64,000 bases of DNA, taken from positions 4,092,001 to 4,156,000 of the forward strand of contig CP158635.1 of NCBI GenBank assembly GCA_050273025.1. Reading direction: 5' to 3'. The position numbers and the translations under genes are program-made. This DNA is from Cenococcum geophilum. Its lineage: Eukaryota. The stretch's first letter is position 1; the number at the start of each line of letters is the position of its first letter. Shown one piece after another: positions 1-11,497 of the stretch. The notes under the pieces are model-generated. The model did no database searches and was not told the DNA's origin. It worked only from the letters and a program-made list of their open reading frames with translations.

Positions 1-240
1 TTTGTACAATAATTAATAAGATTAAAGCCTTATTAATTATATCCTAATCTAGTTATTTTTAAAAGACCTAGGTATCTATTTCTATTGTTTAACCTAAAGA
101 CTCTGCTTTAATATATAGTTGCTAAAGTTTTTTAAGTATCTCTAATTGTATTAGGCTAGTATCTTTTTTAACCTAAAGTAGATGTTTTAAATTAAGATGC
201 TTTTAAAAATTACTAGTAACTAGGCTACTATATGGCAATT
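1..240. mobile_element. AT-rich, RIP-like degenerate repeat edge
   Basis: Very AT-rich, TpA-rich, few CpA/TpG, no ORFs; same texture as 60-64 kb. Family not identifiable. Confidence 0.6.
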
Positions 241-328
241 CTTGTGGATAGTGAATGCAGTAGAGAATATGATTTTGACCTAAATATTCTGGCTCCGTGC
301 CAAGCGCCGTATGAGCATGGGCCTATGT

Positions 329-600
329 TGTAACGGCTGTTCGGGCCCTTATTGGGCGAGTTAAGGCCGAATTAACGGTAGTTGAAGGCGTAAGAAGAGA
401 TGATTCTGCTTTAGAATCCATATTTGTACGATAGGGTAAAGGGAAGGTAAAAGCTGAGAATTTTTCTAGCGGTGAGGAAGTAGGGATAATATTTGTAATC
501 CATATCGATAAGATCCATATCGATAAGATCCATATCGATAATGGATCGATAAGATGGACGATAAGAGAATGGAAAGCCAGCCTGCACACGTCTTGCCTCA
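329..600. mobile_element. Possible solo LTR containing a CCATATCGATAAGAT tandem repeat
   Basis: TG(taac)...CA ends; about three tandem 15-bp units at ~500-545; flanks TATGT/TGTGC differ by two transitions, so the TSD is imperfect. Confidence 0.35.
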
Positions 601-1559
601 TGTGCTTCGCTGAAACATTTCGCTACTCTAAGCTGCTGCTTTCCGGCTTGGATATACAAAGAATCCCCATAGCCCCTTGTTAGTCAGTTCAGCGTTGTTG
701 GATCTGTAGGCTTGTTCTTCGTCCCCCGCCCCTGTCTAATTTTCTCCCTTCGCTACCGGATACCTTCCTGGGTGTACCGTTCTGGAAGTGAATAATACCG
801 CTCCTGTTTTGTCAGTCAGCATCTCCACCAAATAAACGTGTGGCAATTTCCAACGAACAAAGATTGCATTCGATGGAACCCATTCCTCATCAATCTAGCT
901 GTCGTAGATAGAATATTTACCGTTTATTTCCAATATCACCAGGACCTTCGCGCCGATCATGGCCACCTTGTTAGCTCTGTCAATGAGGCCGAGCTTTCAC
1001 TTACGTCTTTTATCCGTTTCGTTCTTTTCTGTTAGATTGAGATGAAGCCATCATTAGCTATTTGGAGCTGCAGTGAAAGGACAGATGTTTCCCGTGGACG
1101 GCTACAGAATGGGATTTAAAGAGAGGTTAGCTGAAATGTCCTGAATGCTGGCGGTAAACGAAGGGTTCCCAATACTATAACTAGGGTCGCCGGCGAGGCC
1201 TCTTTTCGGACTCACGAGTTGGGGCATCGTTCTGGGTCATTTATGGGAGTTTGTTTGGGGACACTGCTAGGGCTCCGCGGATCCAGTTTGGAAACCAACG
1301 CCCAGAAATTCTATGGGAGATAGGCCCCACATGAGTGTTTGACACATAGAGAGCACAGAGCGTTTCTATCAGCGGAACAGATTCTAAGTGTAAGAAATGC
1401 AAGAATTATAGAGCGAGGCGGTTGTGGTTACGGTACGGGGATGAAACGAGTTCTAAAAAATGACCTGGAGATATATGCTTCACAAATTCCACCCTAAAAA
1501 TGAAACGTCAAGTCCAATATTCTGCAGACCAGCCGCCCTGTTCCCTTGTGGTAGTGATT

Positions 1560-4500
1560 CAGATATAGCCACGGCGTTTATCGGTCTTCAAGGACCGTCT
1601 CAGTAGTTTGCGCGCCAAGAGGCTTAAACGGGGGGACAGTCTCGGTGCATACAGTAAGGCATCTACTAAGGCGTGCCTGGCATTGCGATATCCGTTGTCG
1701 AATCCGCCGTCGAGTCTGTCGTTGAATCCGATGAGGAATCTGTTGTCATCTTGATTTTCAGCTCCCTCATCGACCAAACATCTGCAGAGCGGGGATGTCG
1801 ACGTCGCTGAGGATGATATGGCCGTATTTTGGGATCGTAATCATGAACTGTTGCTGCGTAATGTAGGAAGGTTGTCGTCTCGGTAAAGCCACGCTCAGTC
1901 TGAGAGTGGAGGGTACAGTGAATAGCGGCATCGTTAGTCATGCGCTTGAAGTGCACGTCTATCAGATGACGCCTCAGAGAATCGTTGCGCCGGAGCTTGC
2001 ATGGGCGGCGGCCGGAATGGATGCAAAGGCCTAGACAGATGATGCAAACATCAACCGGACATTTGACCATGCTGGGGCTAAGGGGTGAATCCTCATGCTT
2101 CAGTTTATCATTAGTATCATCCTCCTTGTTCCAGTTAACTATCATTCCCCAACGGTTAGGCTCCCGGAGCCTGCAAAGCGTCGTCATATCCTTCATAACT
2201 TGAATCCGTCTCGCGGGAGCTAGATCTCCTTCCAATATCTCGGCCTCCGGACCATAGAACGCTTCCACGATACGGGCTCGTTCCGGAAACACGTATTCAG
2301 GAATCGGAGGATTCTGGTCTTCATCCATATGTTCACTGTCCGACAAATCTGCATCTGGGTTGTCCACAAGTTGGTCGATCTGCTTGTCGACTTCGATTGT
2401 CGGCATGGTATCGTAGTACTCCTCCCTCATCTTCTCCTTGGCTTCCTGACGGAGCGTTCTCCTTACTTTCTCCAGCTTCTTACAGACCTCGTCGTGCTTC
2501 CAATAAAGCTCCGGATACTAGTTCTAAGCTGCTTCGATCGTACCCGCTAATGATTATATCTCGTCCCTTAACCCCAATCTCTCCTTCCTCAGCTCGGCAA
2601 CACGAGGCATACGGTAAATAGCCTCTAGTTGCTCATCGCTAAGGTAGGTCGGTGCTAAAGGATCTCGCTTGCTTTTCCATGCCTCTCGGCATAAAGCCGC
2701 CTGCGATGGCTGGAGCAAGACGACATGCTGAAGACCGCCGATGAAATTGGACTAGTAATGTTTCTCAAAGACCACACTCTCTAACTGACCGAGAGCTCCC
2801 CTGCGTTCAGCTTCGGCGAAATGACCTGCGAGACATGGAAAACATTAGTATTAGAGTTAGAAATCGCGGTAGCGGGAACGTGAAGGCTCTGCTTCGACAC
2901 CCGAATGGTAGATGGTAAAGAAAAAAAGAGAAGGAACACCTACGATTTACCTCATTTGCAGCTCAGCGCCTAAAATTGTAGTAATTTAGCAGATCCTCAT
3001 ACCCCAAACCTTCTCTAGTGTGTTTGAGTGCCAGATTGCTCGAATCGTAGGTCATCGGTAGGGTCGGATCCACTTTAACGCCGTACGGAGGCTGCTTTAT
3101 GCGCCGGAGGACTGGAAGTTTCAGTTTATCTTTCTTCCACCTGAGAGGTAAGCTAGTTGAACGTTTGGAAACGCGGAACTTCCAGATAAGATCCGGCGTT
3201 AAACGCTCGTTTTAGAACGCGTTATCACGGAATGCCATGGTGATGATATGTAGGATGGGGCAGAACGTCAGCTGGTAGTTGCGATGCATAAAGAACCTTG
3301 TCCTGTTGAATAATACATGAGCAAAATCCCATACTATAATCTAAATTCGACATGGGAGGCAAAATCTTACCCGTCTGTACCTTCTGCCCTTCCCTTTAAA
3401 TTTATGAAGTTGATGATCGCACAAAGCATGTCTCTACCCCATCTGGATTTCGAAGGTAGAAGAGCTCGATGTCTTCCCACAAGACCGTCTTCGGCGTGTC
3501 ATGGATAAAAGCATACTTGAGAAGGTCACTCTTGAATGCCTCGTTCCGCTTCCATCCTCGTGTTGTAGAAGTGGTTGGCGGATCTTGGCCTTGGCTTAAG
3601 GTGCCATCCACCGATTTGGCGCTACTCGTAGACTGAGCTGCTAGGAGCTGAGGCAGAAGTACACCAGGTCGGGTCCCGGTAATAGAAGACCAGGGCATGA
3701 CCGTGGACTGCTGGGCGAGCATGTTTCCAAATTGGAAGAAAAGGAGTACATCCAATGGTATCGTTGGAAAAGGCTATACTCCTCAACAGTCAGGGTATTC
3801 TTCTTTTTGGTACGCCCGGAGATTTTGCGTTCAGCCGGAAAGACATGCTCAAGGAACCATTCTGTCATCAGTTGAACATTCATAGAGATAGTAACTTAGA
3901 GTTATGACTGGGCAAGGGAAAGTTCGTCTGATCTGTTGGAGGATGTGATTTCTCATTGAACGGCGAGCGAACAATGACTTTATTAATTCGCTCATGTCTC
4001 TATTTGCTTCGACGCCAATAGCACTGTAAGTAGTTAGTGTCTAGAATATCGTATACTTTCGGCAAGCGCTCTTTCTTCTCCAAAAATTGGTATTGTAGTT
4101 AAATCTCTAAATTGTGATGGGCGATCATAAAACCGCAAACTGTTTGGGTATCAGGCCGTTTTTCAGATATCCGGTTCACAGACCAGAGTTTAAAGCAGGC
4201 TTTAAAGCTCCCATCAGCCTCATGATGAGCCGACGATATGGTTTCTATGCTCCTCTGGGCATCTCCAGGGCCGTGATTTGCAGTCATGGTCCTCTAGAGG
4301 GTTTCGATTCTGGATTGCCCTTAGAGGTGGAAGTAGATTGGAGCAGGGGTTAAAGCAAGACGGTAGCTACAGAGAACGGCTCAGCTGGCGCTGTAGAGAG
4401 CAGACCTACCCAACTAGCCAACAGTGAAGAACTTGTGGCCATAGAGTACGAGGCTAGTTCCACTGAAAGAGTGCCGAGCTTGCCTGCCTTTGGGGATGCG

Positions 4501-4560
4501 CGGAGCATTATAATAGCCGCCAGCCCCAAGTTTTGGAGGCTTTCTATGGAGTTCATAGGA
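1560..4560 (-). pseudogene. DUF3435 tyrosine recombinase (Starship captain-like), disrupted by stops and frameshifts
   Basis: Manual minus-strand translation: SITGTRPGVLL (~3660-3690); LKGRAEGTDG|TRFFMHRNYQLTFCPILHIITMAFRDNAF (intron ~3303-3370); LPLRWKKD; YYNFRR*AANEVN (intron ~2826-2943); ALGQLESVVFEKHY*; RDPLAPTDL; REEYYDTMPTIEVDKQIDQL; C-terminal Cys/His region CIICLG...LRRHLIDVH. Start position approximate. Confidence 0.85.
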
Positions 4561-4800
4561 CAGAAAAGTTTCTGGTAAGCTTCACCTCACGTTGATTGCT
4601 GTAAAAGTACTTCTTGGCTTGCTTTCAAGCGCACACGTAGTGATCCTTAGTCACACCTCTATACGAGTCTCGCGTCGGCCCTGTTGGAAATTCAGTTCAA
4701 AATCAACCCAAAATCAAGCGTTCAACTTGACCTTTCATCACCCAGATGTAAGTTCTATGCCTAGTCATACCTTCGCCATGCAACCATCGCAAGCTTGCTC

Positions 4801-5765
4801 CTAAACTGCCACCTTGACCGGACAATCGTTCTGCACCTCTACCTTCACTACTTCTCCGATCAACTTCTCCTCACCTCCTTCACGTTGCAAAAAGCCTGCC
4901 TCTTCCCACGTCCGCTGAGCCGCCTCCATCAGATTTGTCTGTTCAGCCTCGGTAAGCGGGATCTCGCGGCCTTTCCGCCTCTGCCGACTCTCAGGCGTCT
5001 CAATCAACGTAGCATTATCGATGCTCTCCGGAGTCGCATCATCAAAGGCGTACGAGCGGAACTCGCAATTCGCCCAGCCGGTCCCTAGCATCCTCGTTAG
5101 CGCGCACACGAACTCCCAACCCCTCAGCCGATCCAGCGCAACAAAAAGTAGCGAGCAGAAAGAGACTGAGGAAGAGAGGGGGGGCGCCAGTTGCCTTCTA
5201 GCGGCACTCCCCATTCCGCGCGGTATTTACCGGTGAACTTGGCATGGTCGCTCCAGTCCTTAGTCAGGTAGTGCAGCATGCCTCCGTGCGTGACGACGGC
5301 GATGCTGCGCTCCTCGCGCGCCAGCAGGAACCTCCGCGCCGCCCGCGCCCGCGCCATGATGTTCTCGGCCGTCGGGGCGTAGATGCCGGTTTTCTCGTGC
5401 CAGCCGGGTGTCACGAGGCTGAGGTCGACGGGCTGGTCGCTAAACTCCCGCTGCAGCTCTGCGAGCGGCGAGCCCGTGTCGCAGGGCAGGTCGCTGATTT
5501 CTTGCAGCCAGGGCAGCGCGATGATTTTTAGATTCTTGTGCTGCTCGAGGAGCGGGCGGAAGGTTAGGAGCGCCGTGTAGAGGGTTCGCTTGATGGGCGA
5601 GGCGACGATGAGGTCGATGGAGGAAAGAGCCGGGAAGGATTGGCTTAGGTCGCGACATTGCTGCTCTCCTAATGGCGTGAGGGTTGGGTCGGGCATGGAG
5701 TGGTTGGCCACGCAGAGGTTGTGGTAGCCCTGTGCGTGGCGGATGAGGTGGATTTGCGGCGGCAT
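4801..5765 (-). CDS. Histidine phosphatase / phosphoglycerate mutase-like protein (2 exons, intron 5085-5230)
   Basis: HLIRHAQGYHN motif (RHG-like), SPIKRTLYT, VVTHGG; splicing joins KFTG to TGWANCEFRS. Confidence 0.9.
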
Positions 5766-6266
5766 CTTGGTGGTCTGGAGAGAAAGTCAAGACAGCCTGT
5801 AGAGAATATCAAAATTGGTGGAGGTGCTGCGAAGGGTTAGTAGCACCGACTGTGGGGTTTCTGGGCGAGCTTTATAGGGAAGTGCAGTCTAAAAGATGTA
5901 GGTTGATAGGTGGCGCGCATTATAGGTCTTTTTGTACGTCCTGAGAGTTAAGTGACTCGATTGCGATTGTTTAGAATATTTCATGCTGCACGAACCGATC
6001 AGGACATGAGATCCGCGGTTTCCCTAATCGGCAATTCGGTGCGGGCTCGGCATACCTTCCCGTTACGGACTGCGAATCCGGACGTTGCCCCTCATTTGAC
6101 CTGTCGTGGGGAAACGTGGACGACGTTTTGGGGACGACGAAAGGTACGGCGCCGGATATCGGAAGCGATCGTGTCTGCTTTGGGGTTTTCAGGTAGGTGC
6201 TGGGCCTCTTAGCGTTGGCCTTACTCTGCTGCTCAATTGAATGCGTTGTTGACTTGGGAGGACGGT

Positions 6267-6391
6267 GCAAAAATGAATTTATCTTTCCTTTTTGGGACTA
6301 GTGGGTACCCCCCATAAGGTCGGCAACCTTATGGGCACCCTATGGGGGGAAAGCCGCTAGTCCCAAAAAGGAAGAGAGAAACCACTTTTGC
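6267..6391. repeat. About 125-bp nested palindrome (MITE-like foldback)
   Basis: Perfect arms TTCCTTTTTGGGACTAG (6285-6301) / CTAGTCCCAAAAAGGAA (6357-6373), imperfect outward extension, and an inner hairpin CCCATAAGGT..ACCTTATGGG. Confidence 0.75.
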
Positions 6392-6490
6392 TGTCTTCTG
6401 TATGTATTCCCACGATTGAGTAGGGTGGACGAATCAGTGAAGTGTTAGGATCCAAGTTTTTGGGTGGTTTTAATAGCATTTCTATATAAG

Positions 6491-6724
6491 TGTAACGGGC
6501 TCTCCCAAAAGGTACATATTAGATGAGATATAGTCGGACAGATAAGGTTTCACCAAGGAGACATGGTCAGACAGATAAGGGGTGAAAGTTTCACTAGTGT
6601 CTCAGAAGGATCATAAAAGAAACCGGTTCTCCTCTAGAGAAGAACCAGCGATTAGTCTCTAAATAGAAGAGGTCACAAAGCGGTTGTCCTTCGAGCAGGT
6701 CGGAAGTCTTACTGGCCTCTTACA
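6491..6724. mobile_element. Solo LTR (234 bp)
   Basis: TGTAA...TTACA termini with perfect 5-bp TSD ATAAG (6486-6490 / 6725-6729). Confidence 0.85.
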
Positions 6725-7837
6725 ATAAGACTTGAGGACAGGAAGGAAAGGCATAGAAGATTCTTTGGCTTTAGTCACCGAGCTGTGCTAAATAGCCTTC
6801 GACTCTATGTCGTTAGATTCACGATTTCAGACCATTGTGATGGTTAATTTGATGATTGAAACTTGGTGTTTACTACCAGTGTTCACAAAAGTTGGTGTTC
6901 CGAAACTCTGCACACGGGCCACATTCGCATGGACTCTATCTATGCAAGGGATAATAACATTTGGTTGGCAGCTGTGGTGACACACCTTCTATCACGTGCG
7001 GCTGGGTTTGTCGTAATCACCACCGTAAACGGCAAGCACGTAGTCGGCCGGGGTTTGTTACTTCTACTTAACAAATGATGATGTGCTTTAAGAGTATAGA
7101 AGCCATAATACGAAGTTCTCTTGAACTACGAGCAGCATTCCAGGCAGGAAATTGTGTCCGAAAAAACGTACAGAGTAATGCTGATACAGCTGATCATTAA
7201 AGGAAGCGTATTGATGACATCTAGGCTCGTTCAGCTAGAATGGGTTTCGGCCTTACCTACAGTTTGTTTTGGTTATCTGGTTGCTTTTGCTTCATTGCGA
7301 CTCTGGTCTCACCTCATCTCTAGATTGCCTAAGCAAAGGTTCTCCTTCATGATTGCGCAGTTGGACATCAGTTCAGCTTTGTGGACACGATATACGAATG
7401 CCTCGGATTGCGGGTCTTCTCTCTTCCGGTAAAAGGTGGTGGAATCTCTCGAGTTTCGGGACCGTGTCCAAGATCTCTCGGCCCAGCCAGGGTGGTAGGA
7501 TTGGCGTCAGGGATCCGCAGATGTGGCTGAGGGAACTGCACCGCCTCTGTAAGCGCTTGTTGATCTTGGCGATCAAACGGCATAATTTCATGCCATTTTA
7601 AGTAAGCATGACTCGTTTTAGCGTATTCCTGCCTATTTTAGGTTATCGTATTTGTGGCTTTAGAGCTAAAAATAATGGGGTTGCATGATCATCAGCAGGG
7701 CCACGACACAACAAGCTAGTGCCATCAACGTCACAGGATCCGGTTTGTCGAGGCCCTGGCCTTCCTTTATATTCCCTTGCGACCTATACTTACCACCTTC
7801 ATTTATCTAGAGTAGCAATTTAGCATTTTGAACTATC

Positions 7838-9995
7838 ATGAAGACATCTTCTATATTCAACCATTTTTTAAGTGCATCAATATTAGTGATTGAAGCTAGT
7901 AGTAGGCATTCTCCCGAGGTTCCGAAAGACACGCGACCATTAACTGACTTGATCCAGCATCCGCCATAACCCGACGAGAACCTATAATAGATGGAATTTC
8001 TTCACTCAATCTCGCTACTTGGAAACGTGCAAGTCCGGAGGCTCCAAATGGCTATACGCCTGCTTCAGTAAATTGTCCATCGACTCGCCCGAGTATTCGC
8101 GATGCTTCGTCACTTTCAGATCAGGAGACGGCATGGCTGGAGAAAAGGAGGAATAACACTGTCACACCTATGCGCGAGCTCCTTGTGCGCTTGAACATTA
8201 CTGGGTTTGATGCAGCTGGCTTTTTTGACAGCAATGGAAACAATGCATCAGCCTTGCCGAACATTGGTATCGCAGTATCTGGTGGAGGTTATCGAGCGCT
8301 GATGAACGGTGCTGGCGCTCTTGCCGCTTTCGACAGCCGTACGCCAAACTCTACAAATATCGGGCAACTTGGTGGCTTAATGCAATCTGCCACATACCTT
8401 GCGGGTCTCTCTGGTGGGGGTTGGCTGGTGGGGAGTATTTTCGTGAATAACTTCACATCTGTACAAGATATTATTAACACAAACTCGAGCTTTTCCGGCT
8501 CCCTGTGGCAATTTGGAAATTCAATTCTTGAGGGTACGTTAACTGAAAGGTTATTTCAAGGTTCGATTGACCAAGTGCTAACTTGCTACAGGCCCGGCAA
8601 CTGGTGGGATCCAGGTGCTATCCACAGTTGAGTATTATGACGATCTCTACAACACGGTAAATGGAAAGGCCAATGCTGGTTTCGACTTCAATAGCTCACT
8701 TACCGATTACTGGGGACGTGCACTGTCCCACCAGCTGGTAAATGCCTCGGACGGTGGCCCAGGTACGGCTCTGAAGAAGCCGCAAGTGCTAGTGTATTTG
8801 AATAGTTAGCTAACATGCGTTAGGATACACGTGGTCATCTATTGCGGATGATGCTGAGTTCGTGGCTGCCAATGCACCGATGCCTATTCTTGTCGCTGAC
8901 GGTCGAGCTCCTGGGGAGGTTATTATTTCTAACAACGCCACTGTGTACGAATTCAACCCGTGGGAGATAGGTAGTTTCGACCCTACAGTCTATGGATTTG
9001 CACCTATGCGCTATGTTGGTTCGAACTTCACTGCAGGCGTACTTCCCAATGATCAGAAGTGCATCGAGGGCTTCGACAACGCGGGCTTCGTAATGGGAAC
9101 CAGTTCTTCGTTGTTCAATCAGTTCATTCTCAATTTAAACACGACAACAGGTGTTCCTGACGTTGTGAAGAATGCCATTGCTAGTATTCTTACGGATCTA
9201 GGCCAAACCAGCAACGACATTGCAGACTGGACTCCGAATCCCTTCTATCACTTTCACAACGACACGAATCCGAATGCGCAGAGCAAACGTTTGACTCTTG
9301 TCGACGGTGGGGAGGATCTTCAAAATATCCCTCTGCACCCCCTGATCCAGCCCATCCGTAATGTCGATGTCATATTTGCGGTTGACTCCTCAGCGGACAC
9401 CATCTCACCGAATGCTCAGAACTGGCCTAATGGCGCTGCTTTAGTTGCAACCTACGAGCGTTCTCTTAACCAATCGATGGGGAATGGAACTGCGTTCCCC
9501 TCAATTCCAGATCAGAACACTTTCGTCAATCTGGGGCTCAACACACGCCCGACCTTCTTTGGATGCGACACTAGCAATCTTACTGGTCCTGCACCTTTGG
9601 TTGTTTACATTCCTAACCACCCATATGTCTACAACTCCAATGTATCGACCTTCACCCTATCGTATAACAACAGTGAACGTAACGCCATCATCGAGAACGG
9701 ATATGACGTCGCTACCATGGGAAACGGGACGGTGGACAAGCAATGGCCAACCTGCGTCGGCTGCGCTATCCTATCAAGGAGTTTGGACCGTACTGGGACA
9801 GCCGTGCCGGACGTCTGTAAACAGTGCTTCAGCCGGTATTGCTGGAACGGGACAGTCAACTCGACTACACCAGCGCCCTTCTTCCCGACTCTTATTTTCT
9901 CTGAGATTAAATTAACAAGTGGCGTTGAACACTTCACTCCTAATTTGTTTAGTTTAGTAGCCGTCATTGGCATATCGATGGTTTTAGTGTTGTAA
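7838..9995 (+). CDS. PLB: Lysophospholipase / phospholipase B, secreted, probably GPI-anchored (introns ~7902-7957, ~8535-8591, ~8763-8823)
   Basis: N-terminal signal-like peptide; SGGGYRA, GLSGG and LVDGGED motifs; hydrophobic C-terminal tail. Confidence 0.95.
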
Positions 9996-10578
9996 GATAG
10001 TTCTTTTAGTTGAATTTTGGCAGCCTTGTGGAGGAGTTGGTGTTCCATGGCTGGAGTTTTGGACCTGTGTGGAAGGTAGGAACATTTTGAACGACGTTAT
10101 GAGTTATATGTACGGCTCTTAGATATTGAGTGAAACTAAACAATTAGAGCGAATTTGTCAAAAGCTACACGGTATAATATGCGTGGTACAATACGTGAGT
10201 ACGTGGAGGCTTGACGGTTGACTGATAGCGTGACGCCCGCTCACGTAATGACCCGATTTGCGGAGTGGAATTCTCTTATCTTAGTAAACGACTCAAACGA
10301 CACCTGCCCCGCGCGCTGCGTTTTTTATAATTTGATTAGCAACGCAGGCCTGTCCTGCCGTCTGGCCTATGGTGCGAGTTTTGGTAAGGCTCGACTTAAA
10401 TTTTCGCAATTTTGTATAAGAGACCGTTTCTTAGTATATTTAACTACTTTAACAACATTAAATTTTAATCTAGTAAGTTAATAAAGTAAGTTATTTTAGT
10501 CTCTTCTATAATTTGATTAGATTTTTATTAAATATAAAGCTATTAGCTAGGTAAGGTTTAGGTGGATTTTATGACGTT

Positions 10579-10904
10579 TTATCCCTAACCCGTCGACTTG
10601 GGCCCGTAGCTTATCGATAAGCGCCAGCTAATTAGATTAACTAGATTCGATAGCCGTGCTCAGATATTTAAAGCCTTTGATATTACTTAATTCTTATACA
10701 ATATCTCCATGCAAGCTTATCCTTTGGAGTTAACTCGCTTAATATAAGGCTGCCGGCAGGCATCGTTCCAGCAGAACAGTATCTTGCAGATACTGTAGCC
10801 AAAATTGAGTCAATGGTTGAATTCTATATAGAGCACGCGTAGTCTTGATCCTGGTGTTCGCGCATAGACCACATACTCAACGGACCCCGACGGTTAAGGG
10901 ATAA
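10579..10904. mobile_element. MITE-like element with TTATCCCT...AGGGATAA ends
   Basis: Imperfect TIRs TTATCCCTAACCCGTCG / CGACGGTTAAGGGATAA; internal TTATCGATAAG...AGATATTTAAAGC segment shared with 60466-60540; AT-rich RIP-like flanks. Confidence 0.6.
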
Positions 10905-11109
10905 CGTTTTGCGACGTTTTGCGGTAAAATCGCGCCCAGCCGAGGCTCTATAAGTCGACCTAAATAAATTTAATAACTTACTTTTATACTATAGGGTTTT
11001 TATATAAATATTCTTAAAAGCAGCTTTAGTTATATAATCAATTAAATTTTAAAAATGCGTTATTTAGGGTAGAAGTAGGGCATTAAAAGGGGTAGAAAGA
11101 AGATACCAG

Positions 11110-11288
11110 TTATCCCTTGCACCGTTGAAATCGCGCGTGGAGTTGTAGCCTAAGCTCAGCCAATTAAACCTACTTGTTTATGGGTGGTCAGCAATTCTGT
11201 CGCAACACCAATTGGTAGTGGAGGTTTTGATGTTTTTGAGGTCGCGCACGGGCTATATCTGTACGGCTGACGACAGTGCAAGGGATAA
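11110..11288. mobile_element. Second MITE-like element with related TIRs
   Basis: Perfect 13-bp inverted arms TTATCCCTTGCAC / GTGCAAGGGATAA; possible 3-bp TSD AGT. Confidence 0.55.
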
Positions 11289-11497
11289 GTCGATCCTCCT
11301 CTATTTTCGTGCCAAAGACCCTTAGACGGCAACCGAGACAGTATTATTGGCTGACCCTAACTAGCCATAATTTGTCTGTAAAGTATACTAGTTAAGTACT
11401 AGCGAGATTTACTGTCTTGGCTTACTGAGATAAGAATTTTCGAAGTTTCTACCTTCAAAGCTATAAAAAGAACACGAACCCGCGCAAAAGCCAAGAA

